The notes beneath the pieces were generated by a model that saw nothing but the letters and a program-made list of their open reading frames with translations, did not search any database and had not been told where the DNA came from. A stretch of DNA of 63,862 bases, the filler included, from Olpidium bornovanus S191 (taxonomy: Eukaryota; Fungi; Olpidiomycota), in NCBI GenBank assembly GCA_017911155.1. It is 34 parts of 34 records of this genome, joined end to end, with 100 filler letters (N's around TTAATTAATTAA, not from the genome) between each part and the next. Parts side by side here need not be neighbours in the genome. Positions count along the whole stretch, not along the records: positions 22,392 to 23,589 come from JAEFCI010007093.1; positions 23,690 to 25,234 come from JAEFCI010011446.1; positions 25,335 to 27,579 come from JAEFCI010003358.1; positions 27,680 to 30,050 come from JAEFCI010000909.1; positions 30,151 to 32,016 come from JAEFCI010006600.1; positions 32,117 to 34,051 come from JAEFCI010013065.1; positions 34,152 to 37,037 come from JAEFCI010002450.1; 27 more parts are not named here. One strand, written 5' to 3'. Shown one piece after another: positions 22,859-34,671 of this stretch; position 1 is the stretch's first letter; every line of letters begins with the position of its first letter. A program made the position numbers and the translations under genes.

Positions 22859-23009
22859 GCCTTGCTCGCCCTCTTGGACAAGGTGACGGCGCCGGGTGCG
22901 CTCGAGGTGTTGTTGGCTGGCCGGGACGGACTCCAAGCGTACGCCCAGCGAGCTCTGTCGTGGCCCGAGGATGCAGCGCTGTGGCCGCTCTTGGGCGCCC
23001 TTGTTGGAG
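22859..23009 (+). CDS. Unidentified helical (ARM/HEAT-like) coding exon
   Basis: GCTAAC branch site, pyrimidine tract and CAG acceptor; ALLALLDKVTAPGALEVLLAGRDGLQAYAQRALSWPEDAALWPLLGALVG; GT donor at 23010. Confidence 0.45.
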
Positions 23010-23722
23010 GTCGTGAAACGCGCTTCCCGCGCGTGAAGGGCGGCGGCCCCGGTGAAGGGCGCGTGGGGCCGCCGCGCATAAAGGGGATGGGGGATACCGG
23101 ATAACCGCGCGTCGCGGGCATCCCCCTCCGTGGATAATCCGCGTGCCTGTCTTGAGAATCGAGCCCTCTCACTGTGGAACGATTTTCCGGCCTTTCCTTG
23201 GGAGAGAGGCAACGACGGAAGGTGACAACGGTGGCGCCTCAATGGTTCAACTCTTCCTCGTGGTTGGTTTGGGGACGTAGAAGGCGAACCGGTGTTTTTT
23301 TTTTTTTTTTTTTTTTTTGGGAAGTGGGTTGGGTTGGGGTGGGGGTGGAAGGTGGAGGCAGCGACGACAGGGCTTTGGAGTGCCGCGGCCGCCTGCGCGC
23401 GCTTCCGGCCCCCCCGCCCCGCGCGTTTGGCACGCGGCCCTCACTGCGAGTTTGCGGCCGCTTCGCGCTTGGACGACCGCTTGTACCGCCGCGGCGCGCA
23501 CTGTATCGGGCAGTAGCACCCTGGCAAACGAAGAACCCGACCAATCCACCCACACCCCCCCCCCCCCCCCCCCCGGGGAAAAACCCCAANNNNNNNNNNN
23601 NNNNNNNNNNNNNNNNNNNNNNNNNNNNNNNNNTTAATTAATTAANNNNNNNNNNNNNNNNNNNNNNNNNNNNNNNNNNNNNNNNNNNNCATGAGCCCAA
23701 CGGCAACCCCCTGCAATCGCAC

Positions 23723-24581
23723 CTATGTCCCACAGATTTTCCGTGCGAGCCCAGGATGAGCATGGTTGCGTTGACAGACTTGGCGGTGTCGCAAATCACG
23801 GGGCGGGGGTCTTGGCCGCCGGTAATTATTCGGTAATATGTCTCGACTTGCTTGTCGGGGTACGCACGCTCAAAGTTAGCGAGGAGCTCCTCGGTGGTCC
23901 ACTTGGCCTGCAGTTAAAAAAGAGAAACACGCAAGTGACCGTCGACGGTTAGCTCAACAGCTAAAAAAAATAAATGCCGGAAGGAACGCGACGAGGGGAG
24001 TGGGATTGGGCGGGGGAAAGAGGGAGGGGGGGAGGGGCGCCTTGTACCTCTTCTTCGTCGTGTTCGTGCTCCTTGGCCTCCTCGGCCTTCCAGCCGGGAA
24101 GGACAGTAACAACTGCGATAATGGGTTTGTGTGTTGGCAGCTGCGTCAGAAAACGCTTTCCGGACAATCGCGTTTTTGACCAATTTCATCAAGCTGCTTT
24201 CTTGGAGCAAGGCTCACCAGTTACCTGAAGAACGCGGAGGCGGAAAGAGAACTCAGGTAAATGCGAACACGCCCTCAAGAGGTGTCGAAGAGAGAACGCC
24301 TCTCTGAACCACAGCAAAACAAACCCCGGTAACGCAGCCAAAAGCGAATGAGTGAAACCAACAGCAATCCAAGCAGGCCGCGCAGTCGCCCGCCTCGCGT
24401 TTCCAATGTCTCACTCGTTTTTCTGCCGCCGCCCACGAACATCCCTCTCCCCCTCCGCCCCAACCGGGGGGAGGCCGTTACGCACGATGTCACCGGAGCG
24501 CACGAGGCGCTGGAATGCCCAGTCGAGGGTGTGGCGCGAAGCGTCGGTCCTGTCGAGGGCGACGACGTAATGGGACGGCAT
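23723..24581 (-). CDS. Universal stress protein (UspA family), 3' truncated
   Basis: Exons 24581-24486, 24140-24048, 23907-23723: MPSHYVVALDRTDASRHTLDWAFQRLVRSGD ... GGQDPRPVICDTAKSVNATMLILGSHGKS match UspA N- and C-terminal motifs. Confidence 0.82.
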
Positions 24582-25157
24582 GGCTCCGTTGTCTCTCTGG
24601 GGTGTCTAGCTGGCACGCGGTGGGTGCGTGTGGTGGGGGAAGGGGGGGGGGCGTGGAGGGGCGGGCGGTGAGGAGAGGATGGGGGAAAACGCGCGGTGAC
24701 GGGGTGGCGGGGAGTGTCTCCCCCTCCCTTACGGGGATCGGCAAACGATGCAGACTTGGAAGACATCATGGCGCGGCCGGGTCCGCCCGAACCAGAAGAC
24801 TTTCTCTGCTTTCCCCCGTCTCCCCTCGGCCGTTTCGCACGCGGACTCGGTTCTGCCTCTGCCGCCTCGTTTCGCGGAGCCCAAACCGCGACGACGGAAT
24901 CAAACGGAAAAGCGCCGCGCATCCAGCCGGGCTGATCCGCTGTTCCGCCCTCCCTGGTTCATGTAGCTGACAGACGCGGACGCGGCTACGCTTTGCGGCG
25001 TCGTCGGCGGGAACGGCGTCGAGGATGGTGTCGGCGGGAACGGCGTCGAGGTGTCGGCGGACTCGATCTGCTCGCTCCTTTTACTTTTCCTTCACCGCGC
25101 GCGGCATCCGGACTGCTGCCACAAGGCCCTCCTCCCGTATCTCCAACTGCCACAGCC

Positions 25158-25234
<77 letters not shown>

Positions 25235-25810
25235 NNNNNNNNNNNNNNNNNNNNNNNNNNNNNNNNNNNNNNNNNNNNTTAATTAATTAANNNNNNNNNN
25301 NNNNNNNNNNNNNNNNNNNNNNNNNNNNNNNNNNTGTGGGTTTTGTTTTTTCTGGACTCGGCGCCGCACCATCTCGAACGGCCGTTCCAGATTGTATGGG
25401 AATTTGGCCACTGGGGACGCAAAAAAAAAAAAAAAAAAAATAAAAAAAAATAAATAAATAAAAAAAGTAAAAAATAAAAAATAAAAAATAAAAATTAAAA
25501 AATAAAAAATAAAAAATAAAAAAAGTTCGAATGTCCGCTTTTCTGTTTTCTGCTGCGCCTGAAGAAGAAAAAGAATCTGCTGGAACTCGCATTTTTAGTT
25601 CGGCGACGTCATCATCACTCGTTTCACGCGACCGTCGTTCTTTTCACCCTGTTGGAGTCGGCGGTTTAGATTTCTTTAGCGAACACGGTGTTTCGTTGAC
25701 GGGCTTCGGCACTGGTTGAGAACATTCCTCTGGTAAGGCGTACGTTGGGTTCAGCTGCACCTTACCGTTGGGGCGAGTTGGAAGAGAAGGCTCCAACGAC
25801 AAGAATTCGT

Positions 25811-26237
25811 GCCGCGGAGGAAGTGCGCTCCGAAGAGCGTCTGAGGGCTCCAACGACGGAGACCAACGTTCACGGGTGGAGGTGCGCTCCAAAGATAGCG
25901 TCTGAAGACTCAAACAACGACGGAGACCCGCGTCGCGGAGGGCGGGCACTCCGAGCAGCGTTCGGAAAAAAGGAACTCCAGCGACGATCTGTCCTTTCTG
26001 GGAACGTGCGAAAATGCGTAGGGACCCGATTGCGCGAGGATGCGAAAGATCAGGATTGCTTTGAGTATAGAATCAAAAACACGTAAACGGAGATTGCCAT
26101 GGAAAGAATGAGGTGATTGACTGTACGTGTAGTTAACGGTCTTCCAGACCTCATGCCATAGCTGTACTGGCAATTTGGACTGATTTAGTGTTGCTCGAGA
26201 CTCGCGCCGCGGAGGAAGTGCGCTCCGAGGAGCGTCT
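25811..26237. repeat. Dispersed 32-bp direct repeat pair
   Basis: GCCGCGGAGGAAGTGCGCTCCGA(A/G)GAGCGTCT at 25811 and 26206, with a degenerate third copy near 25930. Confidence 0.8.
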
Positions 26238-26918
26238 CTTGAAGCCATGGAGACGCCGCTGATTTGGACGGAGGGGATTGATGGGTTTGGGCTCATGACC
26301 CTTGGAGAAAAGAAGTGGGCAACGATCGATGCCGACGCCCTGACGCCTGCATGGATGAGTTTCGCCTTGTATTTTATACAAAGGAGCAGAAGGGAAGAAG
26401 AAGAGAAGGAGAGCGGGAGGAAGGAGGACGACGGTCTCCGGCGGAGTAGCGTTTGTTTACGTGCGTGAAGAAGTCAGGTGGTTTCGTTCAACGCCAACGC
26501 CCTTCGACTCTTCGGCTGCCTTTTCCTCGCACGAGGCGTGAACCGACCACGTGGGCCCACAACGTCGTGATCTGTTTCCCGCCGCGCCTCGGTTTGCTGT
26601 GAGCTTGTCCTTCGATTATAAAACATCCCCTACCGTGGGCCGTATTCCACCGGCAGTTGGTTGGGGATTGCGCGTAACACTACAGAACCTGCGCCCCCCC
26701 CAGTCGGCAGGCCAAAAAAAAAAAACCCACAAAACCGTCCAGTCCCGTACCACCACACACGTTCAAATGCTCTCACCAAAACGCTCTCAAAGAGGTACAA
26801 AATAAAATATCACGAAGCTACGAATCACACCGAGATGCTCTCCCAGATAGTGCACGTGGAAAAAACCTTCTCGCTGAAGTTGGAAAACGGACAGCTTGCC
26901 TCGTCGCAAACAAACATT

Positions 26919-27505
26919 TCATCGTTTGCCAAAGAATTTCCCGCCACTTTTGAGCTGCTCGATAATAGCCACCTCGCTGTGCTCGTGTTCGATTTCCCGC
27001 CTGAGCTGGTCGATCTCGCCGTTGAGTTCTATGCGCTTCCTGTTCAGCTACCAGCATCAAGTAATCCCAAGACAGCAGTGTCAATTTATGTCGCTCAACG
27101 GCTTCATTGTCTCTCGGACCTCCCAAGCACTCAGACAACGTATACACCGGAATTCTGCCGAATTAGAACGACCGCATAAAATGACGGGCCGAAATGTCAA
27201 ACTCACCGCCTCCTCCCTCTCCTTCAGCATCTTTTCAGTCTCCCTGACGCGTAACACGAAGTCCCTCCTCATATCCTCCTCTTTGCGCAGCATCTCCTCG
27301 GCCATGACCTGTCTTGTTTTCTCCACCCGCGTATCGTAACTATCATCGCACAACAGGATTGACTCGGGCCGCCCCAACGACCGGAGCTTCGCCCCGCGAT
27401 AATTGGCATATATCTTTCTGTGCGTCGACTCAATGAGGTCATGCAGGCAATGGGCCATCATGAACTCGCGCAGGTGGAGGAAGTTGCAGTGCTGATCGTT
27501 TTCAA
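26919..27505 (-). CDS. Septin, C-terminal two exons
   Basis: VENDQHCNFLHLREFM..HDLIESTH..YANYRGAKL and coiled coil KEEDMRRDFVLRVRETEKMLKEREE (27505-27207); last exon 27047-26919. Confidence 0.9.
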
Positions 27506-29666
27506 CTGGTTTGTTCGCGTGCCGGAGAAAGACGGTCAGTAGCCAAATCAGCTGTGATTCGGCAGGGGCGTTTGGAAAANNNNNNNNNNNNNNNNNNNNN
27601 NNNNNNNNNNNNNNNNNNNNNNNTTAATTAATTAANNNNNNNNNNNNNNNNNNNNNNNNNNNNNNNNNNNNNNNNNNNNGCCGTCACGCCAACTGCAGCA
27701 TACACAGACGCTACAGCCGCAGAAGTCTCCGACGGGGTTGAGGAGGCGATGGGAAGAGCTGTCGTGGCACCAGAACGGTACCACCCAAAACGATGCCATG
27801 TGGTTTTCCCCGCATGCTCGCTCCCTGGCGACGAAGCGCACACCCTCTCCCCCCCACCCCCCGGCAGGCTTTTCCGATTCTTTTCCCACACCATATGGGC
27901 CACTTTCGGGAACGTAAACACCTCCTACGGGGGCACCCTTGCCTGTGGCCTCCTGAGGGGTACTCCCGGTGCCCAAATCCAAAGTCTCGTGCATATCACA
28001 GATTACACAGAAACGAGAGTCAAACACTCCACAGGAGGCCCATTTTTGGCCCGAATTTGAAGATTCTCACTAAATGTCTGCCCGGACCAAAAAAACAGCC
28101 TGTTTTCGACTCGCCTAAACAATCAATGAAAATATAGGCTCCCCTTCTCGCCGGCCAAGACGTTTTTTTGGCGGTCGTTCTTCACAAATCGGCGAGATCG
28201 TCCCGGGACATCCTGCCGCGTCTGCGCGCCGCGAGCACCGGGGCGCCACCGGGCCCGATTTGCTCCGCCAGGAAGCGCCTCAAAACGCGTATATGTCCGA
28301 ACCATTTCCCCACCTTCGGGTGTGTGTGTGTGTGTGTGATTTTTTTTTTTTTTTTTTTTTTTTGGCGCGGGCACGGGAAAGTCCCACCGCTAACGTGAAA
28401 TTGCCGTCGTTGACGCGGCGTTTTCCGCGTTCCGACGGGCCCCGACGGGTCCCGCGACGGCCTGTTGTTTGGAATGGCGGAGCGGCTCCGGAGCCCGCGT
28501 TGCCGCCGAACTCCGGCGTGCGAGGGAGATCTTAGACCGTTGGGATGCCGCGGTTCCTCTTGGACCGCACGGACGCGAGAATTTCACGGGTGGCCCCCGT
28601 TCGGCTGGTGGCCGGCGCGTCCCGCGGACGTCGCGAAGCGGCCGGTTTTCCGCAGCACGTGGGCAAGCGGTTGCCGCCGGATGGAAACAAAAAAAAAAAC
28701 ACGCGCGGCAGGTGAGAGCAGCGGGGAAACCAGATGCACAACTGCGGGAGGGTTGAAATTTCAAAACAGGCGGTTCGGAAACCCCCCCAGCGCCGTTATC
28801 CCCCCCGTTGCCTCCCCCCCCCCTCCCCTCCCCCGCGGGCCACACCTCCCCCTCCCGGCCGTCTTCTTCGTCGGCGTACTCAGAAAGAAGCTCGGGGTTC
28901 GCTCGTGAGGAAACAGAGAAAACGTCTATTTTGTGTGGAATCCCGTTGGCCGCCTCGCTGCAATTCTCACGCGCATCGACTAGAGAAATCACTCGCGAGC
29001 ACTTCATTTTTGTTTTTTTTTTCCTCCGTAGACGCGAGAATTACTACGAGTACCCCTTTCCCCTTCCGGCACACTTGCGGCATGGCCACATATTTCCCTT
29101 CGCACAGATTTCAAAAAAGAAAAAAACGAAGGCCCTACCATCTGGGGACGGCTGGCAGTTACTTAACAGGACACGTCGCCGCAGCCAACCACTAGGTCGT
29201 GTCACCAAGCGTCAACGTTTCGAAATTGGCGCTGACCGAGTCGACGGCCGACCCGAACGCCGAGGCCTTCTCCGTTGCCCTTTTTTTTTTTTTTTTTTTT
29301 TAAGAACAGCGCAACGCGAACGAAAAAATATTAAGATGGAAGACAAGGGTTAGGGTAGGCAAAACACTCTTGCCGGGGGATGGGGGAAGGGGGGGAAGCG
29401 GAAGAGAAGAGAGGCCAAAGTCGTGCAGAACACGGGTGGCGAAAAAAAAAAAAGAAAGGGGGGGGATTTTGCCACACACCGGACGGGCGTGACGCGAATG
29501 GCCGCCGACGAACCGGGCGCAGGACCGCCTTCCGCCAGCTTCGCCGCCTCCGCGCGCGCTTGATCACGACTCCAGAGCCGGAGGATAGCAATCCCGCGGT
29601 ATTCGGTCGATGGCAAGCGCGACCAGGGGTTGGCCTCGCACAGATCGAGTGCCGAAATGGCGATAG

Positions 29667-29671
<5 letters not shown>

Positions 29672-29715
<44 letters not shown>
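29672..29715. repeat. (GT)n microsatellite
   Basis: About 22 GT units. Confidence 0.95.
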
Positions 29716-29716
<1 letters not shown>

Positions 29717-30150
29717 GTGTGGAAGCGGAGGGGGGAAGGGGAGGCGGGGTCAGCTAAACTCGGTAAACTCGGTAAAACTTTTCAGGGGTCACCCGAGGAG
29801 CGAAAAGCGTAAGTTGATCCGGGGGGGAAGGGGGATCTCGCCCAACACGTACCCTCCCGATGGCGTGCAAATCACCGATGGTAAACGGTTTTTTGATCAG
29901 CGAAGGAAGTGGAGGCGGTGTGGCCCTGCCCTCGTCTCTCGTGGCCGGAGGAATGTGGTGGACTTCGCGCGCTTATCACGCACACCGGGGAGCACACACC
30001 GCGTCAGCCTTCCAAATTCCGCCCCCCCCCCCCCCCCCCCCCCCCCCCCCNNNNNNNNNNNNNNNNNNNNNNNNNNNNNNNNNNNNNNNNNNNNTTAATT
30101 AATTAANNNNNNNNNNNNNNNNNNNNNNNNNNNNNNNNNNNNNNNNNNNN

Positions 30151-30187
<37 letters not shown>

Positions 30188-30293
30188 ACGGGTTACAGGT
30201 GACGCCGCGCGCGCGCGCGCGCCCCCGCCACCGGGGCCCCCACTTCCCCGGCCTGAGAGGCAGGTGAACGACAACAAAAAAAAAAAAAAGAAA

Positions 30294-31969
30294 ATGTCCC
30301 TCGCCTTCGCCGCCCGCCGCCTCGCCGCCGCTGCTCCCGACCGCGGAGACGGCGAGGAGGCCCGCCGCCACGAAGAGACCCCGCCCGGCCCCGCAGGCAG
30401 GACCTCCCGCTCCCGCCGCAACCACGCCCCGCAGCCCGGCCGCGCGTTTTCGGCGCCGGCCGCCCTGCTCGCGTCCATGCTGGCCGACTACCTCTCCGAC
30501 GACGCCGAGGCCGAGGCCGCCGTCCCCTTCGTCCTTGCCGCCGTCGCCCACGGCGCGCTGTTTGCGTCCGCGCGCGCGCCGCGGGGCAGCGCCGCGGGCC
30601 CGTGCGCCGCGCCGCCGGTCTTGCACCGCTGGTCCGTCCGCGTGACCTCTCTGCTGCAGTCCAAGCTGCCCGGCGCCCGCTGGGCCGGAGCTGCGCTCGC
30701 CGCCGAAATCGCGGAGCAGTCTGCGGACATGTTCTCCGCAAACGTCGGCATCTGGACGCCTGCCCTGTTGGGGATACTCACGGTGAGCGGAATTGAGAAC
30801 GGAAAAACGCCCGGCGTTTGACTTTGGAGGGGGGGGGGCCGGACTGTGTGTGGCGAAGCTTCCCCGTACCAGACGAACAGACGGGACGGCGATAAAAGCG
30901 GATTCTCGAACGCTGATGCTTCCTGCTTTTCTTTGCTCCTTTCTTCGCCTTGCTTCGAAAAGAGGCCCGCACTCACTGCGCATCTCCGTACGGCCGTCGC
31001 TACGCTCTCGTTGTTCTTTTCCAAGACTGTGGGCAGGCCCGAAATCCAGAGGGGCGTCACGTCCTCCCACCTCCCGCGCTTCAACGGCTTCCTGCTGGAC
31101 CTTGTCCGCAACAGGGACCTTCTGGTGTGTCGCCGTGGTGTGCAGACGTCGCTATTCCGAAAGGCGGCCAGTTTGCGGCTTCGTATTAAATCCACCCTGC
31201 GCGCGAATGCAGCCGGTTGGACTGACGAGCTGCTGCTTCCGCCGCGACTACGCGTCTGCCGCTTGAAACCCCGTCCAGCCGACCATTCTAGACGCCCTGG
31301 CGCTGTCGATGAGGCAGTTTCCGACTCTTTTCCGGCCGTTCCAAGACAGGACCCAGGCGGTGTTGCTGGAATTGCTCACCGCCGACTCGCCTGTGGAGCC
31401 CGAAGTCGTACGGCATATAGCGAAATGCTTTGCAACCCTGGCCTGCGTTGGCGGAAAGGTGGCCACCCCGGACTACTGGAAAACGAATGTGGCCCGGGTG
31501 ATCGCGACCCTCCACGCCACTTTGGACATCCTTCTGGCTACAGTCGAAGAAGGTATGGGGCGGCCCGCTTTGTGCTTTGGCATTCGTTCCCCGGGCGGGA
31601 TTTCTCCTTTTCTTTTGCCGAGTCATCGCCGCAAGATCTCGCCTGGGAGAAAAGTATGTCTCATCTGCCTCTGATCGGCCGTGTTGTAGAGAAGAAGTAT
31701 GAGTCTCCATTACCGCAGCTTGAAACCGCGCCGGTTCCTCCGGGTTATATCGCTGCTCACCCGTTGCTGGCGGCGAGATTCGCGAAGCTGTCCACTATCC
31801 TCGCAGAGTTTTTGGGGTGCGTCAACAATCCGGTGCTTAACTTTCCGTTGCTGGCTCAACTTTTAACCCGGGAAACGAACCCTGTCATTTCCTGGCATGT
31901 CGATACAGATGCAAACTTGAGACGCCAGTTGCTGCGCCGGTTGAACAGCTGTTTGATCTGCTCTCAAGG
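30294..31969 (+). CDS. RIX1: Pre-rRNA-processing protein Rix1/PELP1, 5 exons visible, 3' truncated
   Basis: LHRWSVRVTSLLQSKLPGARWAG..W..LLGIL, HLPRFNGFLL and FPTLFRPF motifs of the RIX1 N-terminal domain; GT-AG introns. Confidence 0.85.
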
Positions 31970-32306
31970 GTATACAACTTCAACGACTCTTGTATAGTGG
32001 GTATCAGAAACCTCGCNNNNNNNNNNNNNNNNNNNNNNNNNNNNNNNNNNNNNNNNNNNNTTAATTAATTAANNNNNNNNNNNNNNNNNNNNNNNNNNNN
32101 NNNNNNNNNNNNNNNNGGGGCGTTTGTTTACTAGTTCCTCAGGCCCTATTTTGTATGGCGGTAACTAAAGACTCTAAGCAGGGGTAACGCGGGCTGGTGC
32201 GCTCGGTGTTCCTTTATCCAACACTCTCCCCCCCCCCCCCCCCCCCTTCCCCCCCGGGTTTCTTTCCGCCAACAACCAGGGGAGTTCGTCGAACGCCTTC
32301 AACGCG

Positions 32307-32362
32307 GTGCTTCCTGGTTAAACTGCCGCTGTGCGTGCTTCCTGGTTAAACTGCCGCTGTGC
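32307..32362. repeat. Perfect 28-bp tandem duplication
   Basis: GTGCTTCCTGGTTAAACTGCCGCTGTGC at 32307 and 32335. Confidence 0.95.
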
Positions 32363-33607
32363 CCGCAGGACTGGCCGAGTTTGACGTTATAAGTGTGGCC
32401 CCCTGGTGGTTTGAGCGACGCTCTGAACATCGTGGAGTTATATTGTATTTCAAGATATGCTAAATAGTTCATTTTGGAAAGGCGGTTGTCGAAAACAACA
32501 TGTTGACTGCGCACTAATACCGAGCAAGCCGGGGAAATTTTTATGTTCACGGTGTGGGCAGAAAACGGGCGACCGCGGCGGGGAGTGATCGGCACGGGCC
32601 GAACCGCGCGAAGGGCGGCCGCTGAGCAGGGCGCGTGAGGACACGACATCGGGGCGTGGCGGTTGAAGTACCTGCGCAATCTCGGGGCCTTTTGTCGGCA
32701 GGGAATTGCACAAGGACGCGCGGCGGTTCGTCGCGAGCTGCGAGACCTGCCTGCGATACTCCCGGCACGCGGCGGACGGGAACAACCCGCACCGGCGCGC
32801 GTGGGGGTTGGGGGTAGGGGAAGGTGGGTGGGAGGAGGAGAGGCCGCGGCGGGACAGGCGGGCGTGACGGAATAAAAGCACAGGGCGCGAGCAAGCGGAA
32901 AGGGAAAGCCCCCGCACGCGTCAGGGCAAAGGACATGTCAGGTGTCGGAGAGATGTGTCAGAGACGCTGCGGGATTGCCCGCCCAACTATCGAGGGCAAG
33001 CTGGCCTTCCCAGGATGTCTTTACCGCATCGTGACGGCCCCCCTTCCCCACCACACGGCGAGATGTCTGCGTGCCGCACACCGGCCGCGGGGTATTGTTG
33101 CAGCTTCCAACAACTTGTATCGCGGTGCACTAGAGGTCCCCAGCGGTAAATCCTGGCATTCCATTTCCTGAGCCCTCCCCCCACCGCTCTTCCCCCATCC
33201 GCGACGTGCTTCGGGGGCATACGCCAGGGAGACTCAGCTGGAACGCTCTCCCGGAAAAAAAGGTGGAATAAATTTTCGGGACTGTCCCCACATAGGGGAT
33301 ATACGTTGGGATAGCGGAAGCGGCAAGCCCCCCGGCTTTATCCTGCGCAATTTGCACATGTCCAAAATTGTCCAAGCGACAGGGGGATCGCGCAAAAGCC
33401 CCAAAAGCTTTCGTCCCCTCCCCGTGGTAGGTGTAGGATTGACACCAGATGGGGGCATTCTGATCTTTTAAGGCTCAAGACAGGGGGGAGCCCTGCCTGC
33501 GGTGGACGATCGAATTTCCGTCAAATACACCCGTGCTACACGACGGGGCGAGCGGCAATTGTATGTACACAACCAAACGTCAATCTTCCGAACAAAAAAA
33601 ACAAGCT

Positions 33608-34051
33608 TTACAGGGCCAACCATTCGCCGGTGCAAACCAGCTCCTTTTCCAACCGCCTCCGCCTCCGCTTCTCGTACGCCTGCCGGACTGCCGTTTTCAG
33701 CGACATCTGTGCGTCGTCTACGTTCCTCTTAGCCAGACCCAGCAGCTTCGACGTTTGGTCCGGATGGTACCTGCAAATTATGACGTTTTTGAGGGGCAGT
33801 GAAATAATTGTGCAGCACCCAGAAATGGCATCGCCTCGGGCCCAATGCCGGAAGGTCAGAAACCACGCGTGGGCTCAAGCGACCCTGAAACCATTGCAGG
33901 CAACGACAAACGGCCGGGAAATGCCGGCCGCATGCAACAGCGAGAGGTACTTACGCGAAGTTGAACGTGGAGCAGAAGTCTGCAGTCTGCGGATCGAATT
34001 GGGGGTCGTAACCTTCGTTTTTGATCAGCGGCACGTAAACCACGGTGCACC
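33608..34051 (-). CDS. Cytosolic phospholipase A2/lysophospholipase-like protein, C-terminal two exons
   Basis: TVVYVPLIKNEGYDPQFDPQTADFCSTFNFAYHPDQTSKLLGLAKRNV...AVRQAYEKRR resembles the C-terminus of fungal cPLA2-like enzymes; intron 33954-33771. Confidence 0.65.
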
Positions 34052-34671
34052 NNNNNNNNNNNNNNNNNNNNNNNNNNNNNNNNNNNNNNNNNNNNTTAAT
34101 TAATTAANNNNNNNNNNNNNNNNNNNNNNNNNNNNNNNNNNNNNNNNNNNNCATGTAACTCCTAATGTCGGCCGATCTCAGGCGGGAGGGCGGGTGTTCA
34201 CGTGGAGCCCGAGAGACACGAGGTCTGTTTGGGGCCCTTTCTTTTTTTGTTTTCGTCTTTTTGTTTGTTTTTCTGTGTCGCCACTTCTTCACGAGGGGCT
34301 AACGCGCCAGCCATGGGTGAAGCGTTCGAGGGGGCAACGCGCGCGCGATCGGCAAAAAAAAAAAAAAAAAAAAAAAAAAGGCCAGGGCGGCGGCGGCGGC
34401 GAAGAGGAAGAGCGACGACGCCCCCCAGCGCGGCGCAGCGAACCGCGCGCGGCGGAGACACTCCAGCAGCATCTCCCCTCGTTTTCCTCGTTTCCCTCCT
34501 CCGACCCGACCCGCCGGGGACCCTTCGCCCCGCATTCACTCCCCGGTCGCCCTTCCCTGTCCCTTTCCCATCCCTCCCCCCCACACCCCCCCTTCACGCA
34601 GACCGGGGCCACGCCAAGCAGAGCCGGCAAACACAAACCGACGGCCCTCGCGCACGACTTTGAAGCATGGC

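Noticed and set aside
23173-23180. TGTGGAA as the start of a 3' LTR pairing with TTCCACA at 22588
   Set aside because: No polypurine tract before it and no identity to the sequence upstream of the PBS.
23690-23703. CATGAGCCCAACGG as a fourth PBS copy
   Set aside because: It lies in an intron of the USP gene on the opposite strand and is cut by the contig end, so the GGTT and LTR CA cannot be seen.
28376-28390. GGAAAGTCCC as RNase MRP CR-I
   Set aside because: Only poly(T) upstream where P1-P3 should be, and no CR-V (GGGGCTCA-like) partner downstream.
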